Below are positions 45,546 to 58,200 of a DNA stretch of 64,000 bases, in pieces. The notes under the pieces are model-generated. The model did not search any database and had not been told where the DNA came from. It saw only the letters and a list, made by a program, of their open reading frames with translations. The translations under genes were made by a program, and so were the position numbers. How positions within the stretch are numbered: position 1 is the first letter of the stretch; every line of letters starts with the position of its first letter. Source of the DNA: Sporopachydermia quercuum. Lineage: Eukaryota. The stretch is taken from positions 1,043,791 through 1,107,790 of the forward strand of contig BCGN01000007.1 of the NCBI GenBank assembly GCA_001599295.1. Reading direction: 5' to 3'.

Positions 45546-48500
45546 CTATTTAAATCTATTATTAGAACTCCCTGAAAAAGCGCTAGCACTTCGATTATTA
45601 TTTGGCCTTCCCTGAGTGATGTTCCCCGATGCAGTTCCTCTAGCAAAAGGTGCACTAGATGATCTCTGAGTGTTTTGGGCAAAGTTCGGAGACGCTAAAA
45701 GCTCTTGAGTTGACTCATTATTACCATTATTACCAAATGAAGCAGTTGAAGTCATACTGATCCGCACATTAGGGNTATTGTTTGAACTAACCCTCAATTC
45801 TCTTTCTGGATTACCAACTGCTCTATTACCAATGCTATAGTCAACATATGAAGTAGGACGCGAGAAATCTCTCATTTGAATCATATCTTCCTTATTAATA
45901 GCATAATAGTCACTGAATGGCTCATAGGAACTGAAATTCGGCTGAGAAGCTAACATAGAGTTTCTACCGTTCTTTCGGTTNTCAAACCAATCGGGTCTTT
46001 CTACCCCTGGAAGGTTATTTCTTAACGCGAACTCAGTCCATAACTCTAGTGGAACTTTATGCGGGTCGAACGGTTTATCGCTAACGCTAATTATTTGTTT
46101 CCCGTTCTTTTCTTCTACAACAATTCTAGTGTTACCCCAAGTGAAATTGTCTTGGTTCCAGAAGGAATAAATTGGTAGTAAGAACGAATGAATTGGATAG
46201 CCGAGGATATAAATGATCATCCAGCCAATCTAAAGTTTAGGGTTAGTAAAGTGAATAAAGATGAGGAAATCAAGCAAACATTAACCTAATGTAAGCCAAT
46301 GTAAGCCATATGGAAGCCAAATGAAAGCCAAATGATAGCTATTAGCAATAAATAAACCAAAAACATATTAAGGCTATTTAAGCGTCTAGCTTCAATTTCA
46401 CCTCATTTAGCTCAGCTCTGCCTAATCCAATTTCGCCAACGAAACCTTAACAAAAAATATCAACATACATGTTGCCATTGCCTTTTTAATATGAATAAAA
46501 TCACTTGTAAACCATAAACAGCTGCAATCATGATTATAGAAATAAGCGGTAGCGGCCCGTCTTTGGCGGCTATTCTGTAAACAAGATAAACAAGATAAAT
46601 AAACACTGATGGTAATAAAATCGTTCTGAATATAGAGTTAAGGTTACAGTTAGTAAATTTCCCGTGTAACTTCAAAATATTTCCCTTTCCTAAATAGCCA
46701 GCTCCATCATAACCTTAACTTTAACTTACCCAGCCAAATCAACAAATACTACAAACCGCATCCCCACACAGCAAAATCCACACATATTGTCCAGCTTTAA
46801 TAACTCAACTAAATTATGCACTGTTGAGTTTATCCATCTTCTTCTTTGCGATAATAAAACTATAAGTTCTTCCGGAGCAAACGTGGCTGCTTTAGCTTGT
46901 CCGTTAAACACATATTTCATCTTCCCGAAATGTTTAGTCATAACCGTGGTTAAATATCTGTCTTCGCCTAAGGAAAACAAGTTTTTCATATGCAAAGTGT
47001 CAACTTTATTTACGGAATAGTCTTCAATTACCTCATTTGATATAATCAGCGGCTTTAGGGTATCAGCTGTCCGAATCCGGTATACTGTGAAACATCCGGG
47101 AAGACAGGTGACAGAGCCAAATAAACTTTCAAACGCTTTTGTTAGATGATGAGATATGAAATACTCATATACTTGAATCATTGTCCACAAAGAGGAGTCT
47201 TCGTTCTGTAAACATGTTTCTCCGCAGATCCCCGCAATTCGGGAGTCATTAACGCATTGGGAAATAAGAACCGAAAGAGAGTCCGGATCAATGCATGTGT
47301 CGGCATCGATCATTAGTAGGTACTCGTATAATTCCGGGTCAATGCCGATGATGTTGTTGATATGGTGGAATAACTCTAACTCTAATGGGGTCATTAGGGT
47401 TTGGTAGTGAACCTTATTCAGAAAGTTTAGTAGGAGGACTTGTGAATCTCTTTTACCGCGGTTTCCTGGTTTAGAAGATGATCGTTCCGATTCGGCTCCG
47501 ATTTTCTCCACGACTATAAACGGAACAACTGCTGCTTCAAACTGGTACAATCCGGAGTAGACTTTGCCGAAGTTCAATTGGGCAGAACCTTCTGCTACAG
47601 ATTTAAACGGTAATTCTGCCGCTGCTGCTCGTTCCGATTCAGGCACTCCGAGGATATCCAACACAATCTCACTAGTCGGCTTATCATTGCCCGATCCCGT
47701 AACTTTGCCATCACACACTACGAAAATAAGCTTTCGGTCATTCGGATATTTAACCGAGGTTACAGAATCAATTGCTAATCTAAGCGACGCTTCATCTTCT
47801 GTGTATACCGGAATTTGACATATAACGTAGCGGTTTTGTTCTTCCGGTTTCTTTTTACCTCCGAATTGAAGCGCGGCTAGAAACTTAACCAGAGTTACCG
47901 AAGAAAGCAAAATAGCAATTGCAAGAAGAACATAATTTGAGGCTTGGCATTTCGCCGATTTCCGGAAGTCGATTTCTCCTGCCGGAAACATAGTTTTGAT
48001 GCAGTTAAGATTGGCAACTTTAACTGAGTCGGGAATAGATAAAGTGGAGATTTTATCGGTGACATCGCTTCCGGCATATCGGGTGATAACAGAAACGATG
48101 TCCTCGTTGAGAAAATCGTATTTTGCATAAGCAGTTGATAGCTTTGGGTTAAACCGGGTCAATGTGTATGTGTAATCGGTTATATCGTAAATCTTTCCTG
48201 AGATAATAACCCAATTATTATATCCGTCTTCACCAAAGCTNCGGAACTCCGAATTGGGAACAACAAGCGAGCCTTTCCTGTATTGGGAAACCTCGGGCAT
48301 AAACGTGTCTGTATACCAATCTTCGGAATATTTCGAAGAAGTTACGTCCGAGGTGAAATTGGGCCCATAATATTGAATAGAGTTTGGATAGTATAAAGTT
48401 TGGTTCGAGGACAGAAACATCGGCTCTTTGACCAAATCTGGGCANGCCATATGCACGTCTTGAGGGAAATACCCGGAAACATCCGTACCGGCAAATATCA

Positions 48501-50829
48501 TCTTTTCCGCTGCCGTAGAACCGGAAAAGATATCGGAATTAGTTCGAGTATACAACCGGGTAAAATCGTATACCTCGCCATGCATAGACACAAAGAAATC
48601 ATCCGAAGCCGCGTGTTGTTCCACTTCTTGCGCGGTCCACACAGAATCAAAATTCGGACAGATTAGCCGAGATAAAAATATCATATAGAACAAAATAGCT
48701 GCGTTTAATATGCCAATGATGATGCAAATGGCCAACTTTTCCCGCCAAGCGATTCGGACTTCTCTTCTGGGCATTCTGCCGACATATTTAAGTACAAAAC
48801 TAGGAATCCAAAACACTAATGTCCATACAATAGTTAGCCAAAGTTTGCGGTCCCGGGAAGTTTCCTGAACTATAATTGAGTTTCCGGGGGTGCTTTCTGG
48901 ATCGGGTAGGTATTTCCCAGACAGGAAATCAGGGTCGGAGAAGTAGGAATGCTCCGATTCGGAATAATTGTCGGTTTCCCCGCGGTTTTCATTCCCACTG
49001 GGGTATACGTTAGCATATTCATCAGAAGCGGAATAAAACGGGTCGGAGACTTTTGGTGGCACTGATACACCTCGAGCAACCAAGATATCTTCCAGTTGAC
49101 TTTCCAAATCAGTCCAGATATCCTCGTCTAGCCAAACCCTAGTTTTGCCGAGAAATAGTTCATCGGAAGCGAATCCTTTTGTAGTGGCTACCCATCGGGT
49201 CAATTTGTCTTGAATCTCGGATCCAAACACCGGATTAGGAAGCCGTCCCGGTCCCAGTTCCGATTCCGATCCAGGTTCTTGTTCCGGTTCCAAATTAGAG
49301 TTAAGTACATTGGATAAAGCCGGAGGTAAAATCGGCTTATATCGGGTGATAAACTCTTCATAATCAAAATCAGCGGAGAAATCAGACGATTGCCGTTTCA
49401 GGATCCAGTCTGAAAGGTAAAATAGCCGAGCTTGTTTTGACACAAATGACGTATTCCACGCGGGATACTCCGAAAGGACATTTAGCCACGGCTTTTTAGG
49501 CTCCGATTGGAAGTTTATAATGGACCAGACTCTAGTAACATCGAATAAAGTTTGGGCCATGGATTGAGAATAAAGTTTCGCGGAACTATCGGAATCAACC
49601 GGAAACGACAATAGGCTGTTTTGTACTAAGTCTTGGGTAGTTTCGGACTTGATAAACCGTTGTAGCAAAGAGATTATAAGATTATCCATTTGCTGTTTCC
49701 CGGTTTCTGCCGAGGAGATTTCTTGGCGAATTCTTCCCGGAGTTTCCGAAATCGGAACGCCATCAGCTATAAGCTCGGCATTTATTCCCGATTCGTCGTA
49801 GAATACATTTTTCAGTAGTAAATACCGGAAATCATGGGGTAATGATAAAATGTTGATTTCGGAAGAGATAGTATCTTCTCCGGCACCCTCATCCTCCTCC
49901 TCATCCTTTCCGAGTGACCCCACATCATAATGGGCCAAAAATTGATTTAAATGTCCAATAATTGCCGAGATTAATCCGATATATACTGCTTTTATTATTT
50001 CCGGTATTGAAAACTCATCTAAGATTTCCGGAGATAATTGTAATATTGCTGCTCCGGAAACAATGTCGGGTGAATTTGGAGTTTTAATCCCGTTACCTAG
50101 TAATAAGATTGCGGAAATAATACCACAAATCTGAGGGAATAGCTGCCCCATTTGGCAAAATTCCATACTCGATTTCCAATCCGACATTAAAGCCGAATCG
50201 TCTAACAATGAGCTCGGTACAGAAGACAAAATACAATCTCCCGCATCCCCAATTAGGGAATACTCTCGGATATATTGCTTAATTTCGCATTCGGCTTTAA
50301 GTTCGGAATTCTCCGGAGATTCGGCTAGGTCGTGTAATGCATTGAACACGTGATAGAAAACGTCAAACACCCGGTTTCCATCTTTTTCCGGAAGGTTGAG
50401 CAAATGGGTGAAATCAGAAATAACCGGATTGTTTGTCTGGATTCGGGTAGATTGAACAGAACCGTCGGAACCCAAATTCACACATACATTAATTCCGTTA
50501 TGGAATTCCGCTTGGGGATTAGTTTCCGTTGCTGCTGTGTAAAACGGAGATACTACAGATAATGCGGAAAAGATCGCCGGTGGTAAACCAAGAAACCCAT
50601 TCAATAGCTGTCGGAACGACTTCTGGGCATCTGGGATTCCCGAAATGACGGCAATTGTCTGATTTTCGGAACGGAGGTATCCGTGTTTCCAAACCGCGGA
50701 CAGAAACTCTCGGTCCGCTTCGGAATCAAACGTCACTAGTGATGTTGAGTCTAGTTGTGTAGTATTCCCATCTTGGAAGTTGTTACGGAGCGATTCCAGA
50801 AGGTTTGTTAGGGAAATTGCGGAGGTCAT
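45546..50829 (-). CDS. Chitin synthase with degenerate N-terminal myosin-motor-like domain and cytochrome b5-like domain (class VII-like), 3 exons
   Basis: Exons 50829-46730, 46625-46469, 46229-45546 with GTAAGT/GTATGT donors and TACTAAC branch points. Catalytic motifs [60 protein letters not shown]. Motor remnants [34 protein letters not shown]. No P-loop seen. Confidence 0.92.
46288..46340. repeat. Degenerate 10-11-bp minisatellite (AATGTAAGCC-like) in chitin synthase intron 2
   Basis: AAGCC at 46293, 46303, 46314 and 46325, then TAGCT at 46336. Confidence 0.65.
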
Positions 50830-52273
50830 TTTGCGGGGTAGAAGATTCAGGTTCCGAGATAAACTCAGAGACTACTCAGAGATGAACTCCTGTATTCAAT
50901 TCGGCTATTGTTCCGTTAGTCAGCTGTAACAACAGGCAATCCTCACTCACACAAACCACGGATCAGATACACATAGAACTCTGTAGCTCTACGCACGTTA
51001 TGCATACAAATATCCACAACTTTATTACCAGCACTCTTAATACTTTTCCACCGCAGTTTTCGTTGAGTCTTATGTAGTGAGATAGATGCAAATAGTATAG
51101 AAAATGATCAGAGAGAGAAAGAAACGAGTGTTCCGATGATTTGATCTAGAATTTGAGCTGTCTAAAAATAACTTTCGAGAGGTGCATGATGAAGCAGGAA
51201 ATAAGAACTTGAGATTTGAAGCTTAAAGGCTCAAACATGCGTTTGGATTATATAATCAATAATTAAGTTTAGAAGATATAGCGATAAAATAGGAGAAAAG
51301 GATAAGATGGTGGTATAAGTAGTAGAGGATGGANAATTGATTCTGTTGTTTATTTCATGGGATGAAATGTGTGCTGTGGTATATCAAATGTTGTAAAGTG
51401 GTATTTTTATGAGGTAAAGCCAGGTTTATGTAAGAGCATGCAAAACATTGAAATTAGCTTGAAGTTTATTCTGTTTTAGGATTAAAAATAAACAGTAGGA
51501 AAGTTCAAAAGTTTGGAGTGAGACTGGAAGCAGCTATGAGAAGGGTTATTGGACAGAAGATGTTGAAGGGTTAGTAAAGATAATTAATGATAGGTAGTAC
51601 TTCACAAATCTGTTTAATACTTACTTTTACCAGCTGATTTTGACATTTCAAACCAAGAGATGACTACTATACGTTTTAAAGTGTGATTTGTTAATAATAA
51701 GTATTCACTGTCTCTTTTAATTCTATTTGTTTGTATTTAACGGGCATCCTATGTTATATTCACAAGGTTCTTGTCCCATTACCCATAGAGCTAGCAAGTT
51801 CGCAGATGTCCTCGTGGAAAGTCACGTTCCTTATCATTTCCGTAATAACCAATTTCCAATTCAGCTAGTTTCTCCATTTCTCGTCCCTAAAACTGTTATA
51901 ATTGTTTAAAAATAAGATAGAATGGAGATTTTTTATTTATGCGAAGAGTCTTAAACCAGAATATCTAACAACCCAAAACTCTGTCATTATCTCCAAAATG
52001 TTCACTCTACTTCTCAACTTCTCTAACCTACATTCTCATATCTTCTCCATTGTATTACCGGATAATAAAGGATTACTTATTCGTTTAATATTCCAGCAAA
52101 ATCACATTCTTTCGGTATTACCAAGGAACTTGTCGAAATAGACAAAAAATAATTTTCTCATTAGTATTTCCGTTTCTCGGATTAAATACACACTGCAAAA
52201 CCTAATTAGCTCTACTTATTGCTTTCGGCGACTTCTTTTTCTGTCTCTTTTGCTTTACTTTTCCTTTGATTAC

Positions 52274-55200
52274 CTAATCATAAATCTCCGTGGGCGGTAT
52301 TCTGTCTATATCATAAAACCAGTTACCACTGTCCAGCTCACGTGACAACCATTCTGTCGGAAACACAACTAAATGGCCTTGAATTTCTTTTAGTAGTTTT
52401 TCCGCGGTCTCTTGACTATAAATAGTATTCTGCCAGTTGTGTTTCCCCTTTTGTTTTCGATGATTTCCGCTATTTCCGTAACGTTTCCGCGACCTGCCGG
52501 AAAATCCAGGTCTAAAGATGGTATGAACGGGTACTGTTTCAGCCGATTCCTTATTATCCAGCACTTTCACAGCTTTTAGTTCTGCTATCTTTTCCTTTTC
52601 TTCTGCTTCCTTATACATGTTAAGTATCTTTTCCTCAAATTGGCCTTTTTCTTCCATCATTTCTCGGGTCATTGGTTCCGAGAAGGTTAAAGATTCGGGG
52701 AGTGAGCCCCTAAAGGAGTAATTCTCGGACTGAGACCCGATGGTTTTATTTAATGAGGTCTGTGGACTTAATGGCGGTAGATCGATTTCTAGGCTTTGCC
52801 GAGGAGGCTTACCTAATGGCCCCTGTCCGGATAATCCCGAGATTTCTTCCGCCCTGGCTTCCATAGTTCCGATACGCGTTTCGCTTTTGCCGTTTTTGCC
52901 GTTTTTGCCAGTAATATCTCCGCTATTTGTCCCATCCACATGCTGTAACACAGAAAAGGCAGCATTAAGCCGACTATGAACCTTATATTCGTTCCAGGAA
53001 TTAACTTCGTCATCCGGCTGACATCGGAACACGCTTCGGTAAAGTTCTGTGTTTCGATAGGCAATATCAGCCCAGATGTCTTCATAGAACTCAGGTGAAA
53101 TCGGGTCAATGAAGCCGTACGGATCCACAAATGTTCTTCCATTTTGATCCGCAGCGGGACCAGCTAAACTGTCGATTTTGGAGTCAATTTCACTGTCGGA
53201 TAAGGTAATAACTGAAATTGGTTCCGCTGTTTCGTTACTTCCCGGAGTACGGAATAGTATTTGTATTGCCGAGGGTGATGGACCAGAAGCGGAAGGAGTA
53301 TTACCTGATTGGGCGGTTGAAGTTGAAGTTGAGGTTGAATTAACGTTGTTATTACCTGATTGGGAAATAGTTTCCTCTTCTTCCTCTTTAGTCATCTTGT
53401 CGGCTACTCTTCTGAAATAGGCAATTCTTTTCAGTAAGTCGATCTTAGCTTGGTCGTCTAAAACAGGAAATCCTTGCCGAGACAAAAGAAGGTTTTCTAC
53501 TGTTTCATCTGAGATTGTAAACACCGAACCTAAACCTTGGTTCTTATGCCTATTACTTTTATAGCTGAAACTATCTTTTGCTAATTGTTTTAAAGCAGAC
53601 CGGAGCTTTTTTTGTCGAGCTTGAGAATCCGATTTCATCTTATCGGGGCCCAACCCCGAGATATCGGCCCGATGTTTTGAGTTTCCTTGTACTCGAGAAT
53701 CCGAACTTATATTTTTCTTATCACGTAATCCTTTATTGACTTCACCAGCTTTGTGGTTAAATGAGAGGGAGAGTTCGGGATATAATTCCTGTTTAGGTAC
53801 TGGTCGTATTAATTCTTTACCTAAAATAGCCTTCGTGGCCAATTTCAGTAAGGTTTCCGTTATTTGGGAGTCTAGATCGGCATTAACAACATGTCCGCCG
53901 CTATTTCCCGAATTTTGGTCATTTTTATCGCTTGGGCCGCTGAATTGCTGATTGACTTCAGGTTGTGGTAAGTCAACCTCTGTTCTTTGTGGGCCATTTT
54001 CACCCCTCTTCCCAACTTTAGCTTTCTTTTTACCCCGCTTCACCTCGGTTTTCGCCTCGCTAACCAGCCGTTCAAACATCCGCTCCACAATCTCAATCTC
54101 ATCAACATCTATGCCTAAATGTTCCCGCATTAGCCGAACTCGTAGTGAATGAGCAAACTTCCCCGCTCTATACGGCTGTCCCCCCATGTAACTATCAACC
54201 ATCGTCCGATCTCGGACATACGCCGCTATTTCCGAGTCTCGGATACCCCGCATCGACCGCTCATTCACATTAGCCGAACCTATTAGTGCTATTCTGTCAT
54301 CCACAATTAGCGTTTTGGCATGAACATATAATTGTTCCGTAACTAGCCGAGTTCCCGTTTTGGGCAGCGTACCGAGCTTGCCCCATTTCCGCAACGAGAA
54401 AAACTCTAAATAATCCTCGCTTGGAATCCCTAATCGGGACAGCTTTCCCATAATAGAATTGCTGCCACGTGATATCGACATGTACTGACACTGCATGATT
54501 ACCCGAACGGAAGATCCCTCTGGTTCATGCACGTTGGATTCAAATCCCGGCATGAGAGGTATCATAATAATGCCCCGCCATTGTTCTCCGTTCCGATGGG
54601 CTCGGATGATCCGCTCCACTAGGGCGTTTCCTATTTGGTTCTGGATTACTATTCCATCAAATGCCGTTGAAGTTACAAAAAATTGGTTCTCCATGTATAC
54701 AAAATGTTCCGACTGTTGAATACTTCGAATGTAAGCCGAATGAATGCTGGTTTCTGGTGTTTTCAAGCCGAGGGACCACGGGCCGGCGGACCGGAGGATT
54801 TGGACCTCACAGGTTCCGGGATAAACTGGGATGTTGGCTTCTAAATAGCTGGCGGGGTCAGTAGGGTCGGTAAGGTTAGCGAGGTTAGCAGGGTTGGCGG
54901 TTTGTGAGTTGAGGTTGAAGTTAGGGTTTAGGTTAAAATTGAGGGCATATCTGTATCGGGAAAATGCCGCGATATCGGAATTGCCTAAGCCAGAGATATA
55001 TCCCGAGTTGAATTTAGCCTCGTTATCTATGCCTAATCCAGTTCCAGTTCCAGTTCCGGTTCCTGTCGGAGCAAGGTGATGGTGATGGTTATGGTTATGG
55101 TTATGGTTATTGAGGTGACTCGCGTCCGGATTAGGCAAATCTGCGGGCGGTAACAATAGTGGAGTGGCCCTGCTCGGCCGTTTTTGCCGAATAAGGAAAT

Positions 55201-58200
55201 TCCACCTCTGGACAAAATGCCGAGCCAAGTCCCGAGCCGCCTGGCCCGAAACCATCATGTGAATATCATGCCACGGCATTCTCGGCGTCTCGGACCGCGA
55301 ATACATGTCCACAAATGGCTTATCAAGTGAATGGAAATCTTTGATGCGGGGATTTGAGTAGTCTTTTCCGGGCCATATTTGTTCTTGTAGGTTTCGAGCT
55401 CCATTTCCGGCATCGTTTCCGGTATTTGGGTCATTAAATCCGAATGGATATCCTTCATCTTGTAACACGTGATCGCTGGAGTCCCACCGGCCAAAGCATA
55501 AATCTACCCCGCCTAGAAATCCCACTTTATGGTCCACAATAGCTATTTTTTCATGGTGGGCCCAGAAATATGTGTTTTGGATAATCTGATTAGGTGATCG
55601 AACGACATAGATGTTCGGATGTAAGTCTAATAACGAGTGTTTACTGTATAGAGAATCAATCGGGACAAACGTGTCCATATTCCGGTACAGGATTACGTAT
55701 ATTCGGACGCCTTGCTCTGCTTTCCGTTTCAGGAGCCTGTCGATCCGATACTCGGCATTCAGTCCGGGAGGTCTCCGCAAGTAGAGTTCCGGGGACAACC
55801 ACCAATCGTGGATGTAAATGGTGTCCGTGGCCATATCCAGAGCAGTGGACACTGTCCACATGTAATCTCGGGCGTCCACAAACCATTCGGCATGGACGGA
55901 AGTCCTGATCGGAGCAAATGAGTTAAATCTGTGTGGTTTAGCCCATTCGGAAGTGGCGGCCATTTCTCGGAAGCTTTTGAGCCAATCTCGGATGTGCCGC
56001 TGTTTGCCGAAAATTTTGAGTTGCCTTTCGCTGTTTTGTAGAGTAATTGAGCCGTGGAGATGAGGGGAAGCTTTGGCAGGATAGTCCGAATCACTTCCGG
56101 AGATGTCGGAGTTGCTAGAGTTGGCTGAAGTGTCAGAATTGCCATCAAATACCTCCGATTCGGCAATCTTAAACTGCGGATCCACTAGAAAGACTTCAAG
56201 CGGGGTAGCCGCATTTATATCTTCTACATACATAACGTATGAACCCCGCACTATAAACCATTTCGGAACATGCCGGAACACCATTGCTTTTATGTCATCC
56301 GGCCGAAGATGTGACACTCTCCATCCTTGGGCTTTTGCCGAAGATCGGACAATGAGATACCCTTGTTTTCCTGAATATTCCAGCTCGTTCGCTAGTAGTA
56401 ACCTGATACTGGACAGTTCCAGGAACTGGAATAAGCGGTTCGCGAGACCTCGGAACATTAGGGTGTGGAATAAAGTTCTGAGGTACAATTGTAGTGATTT
56501 CCGGAGGTCTTCGGACGCTAAAGTTTGGGCTGCAAAGTGGGCGGTAAAGGAGGAAAGCGGAGAAGATGTGGGAACTAAGGATAAACGTTTCCGGAGTTTA
56601 GTAGATTTTTTGGTGTTAGGAGGATTATTGATTCCAGATTTTGAGTTCGAGTTGCGATTAATGTCGGAGTTGATGTAGATTCCCGAATCGGAATATTCGC
56701 CGTCATTCTCCCGATGAAACATTACTGTAATAGGAGTTTGTGGTTGTGACTGTGAGTGAAATAGTTTTTCGTGTTTTTCCAATTTTGGACTGAGTTCTGC
56801 TTCCGATTCAGATTCGGGTAATATTCTCTCCAAATTAAGTATTTGTAATTCTTTCTCTTCCGATACCTCTTCCGGTTCTCTTGCGCTTTCCGCTTTTTGC
56901 TCTGTGGTCTCTGGAACATCTGCCAGATCCCGGCTTTTTCCTATACTAATCGATTCCCCTCTCGGCTCTCCTTTCGAATCTCCTTTTGCATCCATCTCCG
57001 ACTTCGGCTTCGGAAATTTGGGAAGCTGAATTTTCTTCCCGTTTCCGCTTCCAAACGCATTCTGCTGAAATATTAAAACCTTCAACCGAGAATGGAACCT
57101 CTCAAAATCCCGATAAGATTTGTCCACATGCCAAGCTATCCGAGCAACCCCGGAGCCATATTCTAGGTTCACGCGGTACTCGGCATGGGGGTTACCCGAT
57201 TTAGTAATTTCTACTTTGAGCTGTTCCGAAAGTATCGGAGTTCTTTTAGTCTTGTGATCATCAGTCTGGAAAGCCGAGGCTAAGATTATAGCCGCAGGGG
57301 CGCCAGCGGAAAGTTCCGCCATAAGTTCTGTTGATTTCTTTTCATCCGTTCCGTCTTTTTTGGATTTCCGTCTGAACCGATGCCCGAATTCTCGGATCTT
57401 CTGGATTTTATCTCCGACATCGTGTTGGCTTGGATAGATTTTCTTCATCCAGCTTACTGAGCTTCTGTGAGAAGATTCGGTCGTAGTTCCGTTATTATTT
57501 CCGGTGTTTGTTGTGTTATCTGTGGTGATTGTTCCTGTATTGTTTCCGGCGTTTGTTCCGTCCTGGGAGTGACTCCGATGGAGGAAGAAATCGGTACGCC
57601 ATTTCACTGAATTTCGGTTTCGATCAGGTGCGAAAGTCGTTCCCGTCACAGAAGCCGCCGCGGAAGCGGAAGCAGATGCCGGTGCAGATACGTTTTCCCG
57701 TTCGTTTTCAGTATCAGTAACGATATCGGAGCTCTCATGGTTCCGAGGAAAGGAACCGAATCTAAATGCCGATTTAAAGCGGGGAGATATCCGAGTCCCC
57801 GTTGGAGACTCGGGCCGGTAATTGGGTGCCGCATCGGAAACAGAATAAGGCTGGGGATGTTCCGAATGCTGGGTCTGTAGCCGAACCGATCCGTCGGGAG
57901 CGGAATTTTGTCTTGTTACCCTTGATGCTAACCTATTAAGCAACTGAGCAGTTTTTCCTCTCGGTTCAGGTTCCGGGTCGGAATCAGCTTCATTATCGGC
58001 ATCGGTTCCGTTATCCAAATCGGGAATCAGAGTTTTCACTGGGTGCGGATCCGAAATTTCGTTATCGGTAAAAGAAACACGTCTGAAAGTGTTTGGCTTT
58101 GCATACGTATTCGCTCTTCTACTGCTGTTTTCGGTAATTCCTAGGCCGATTTCTTCCGTTGCCCCACTTTCGGATCCTTTCCCAACCTGCCCTGCTTCCG

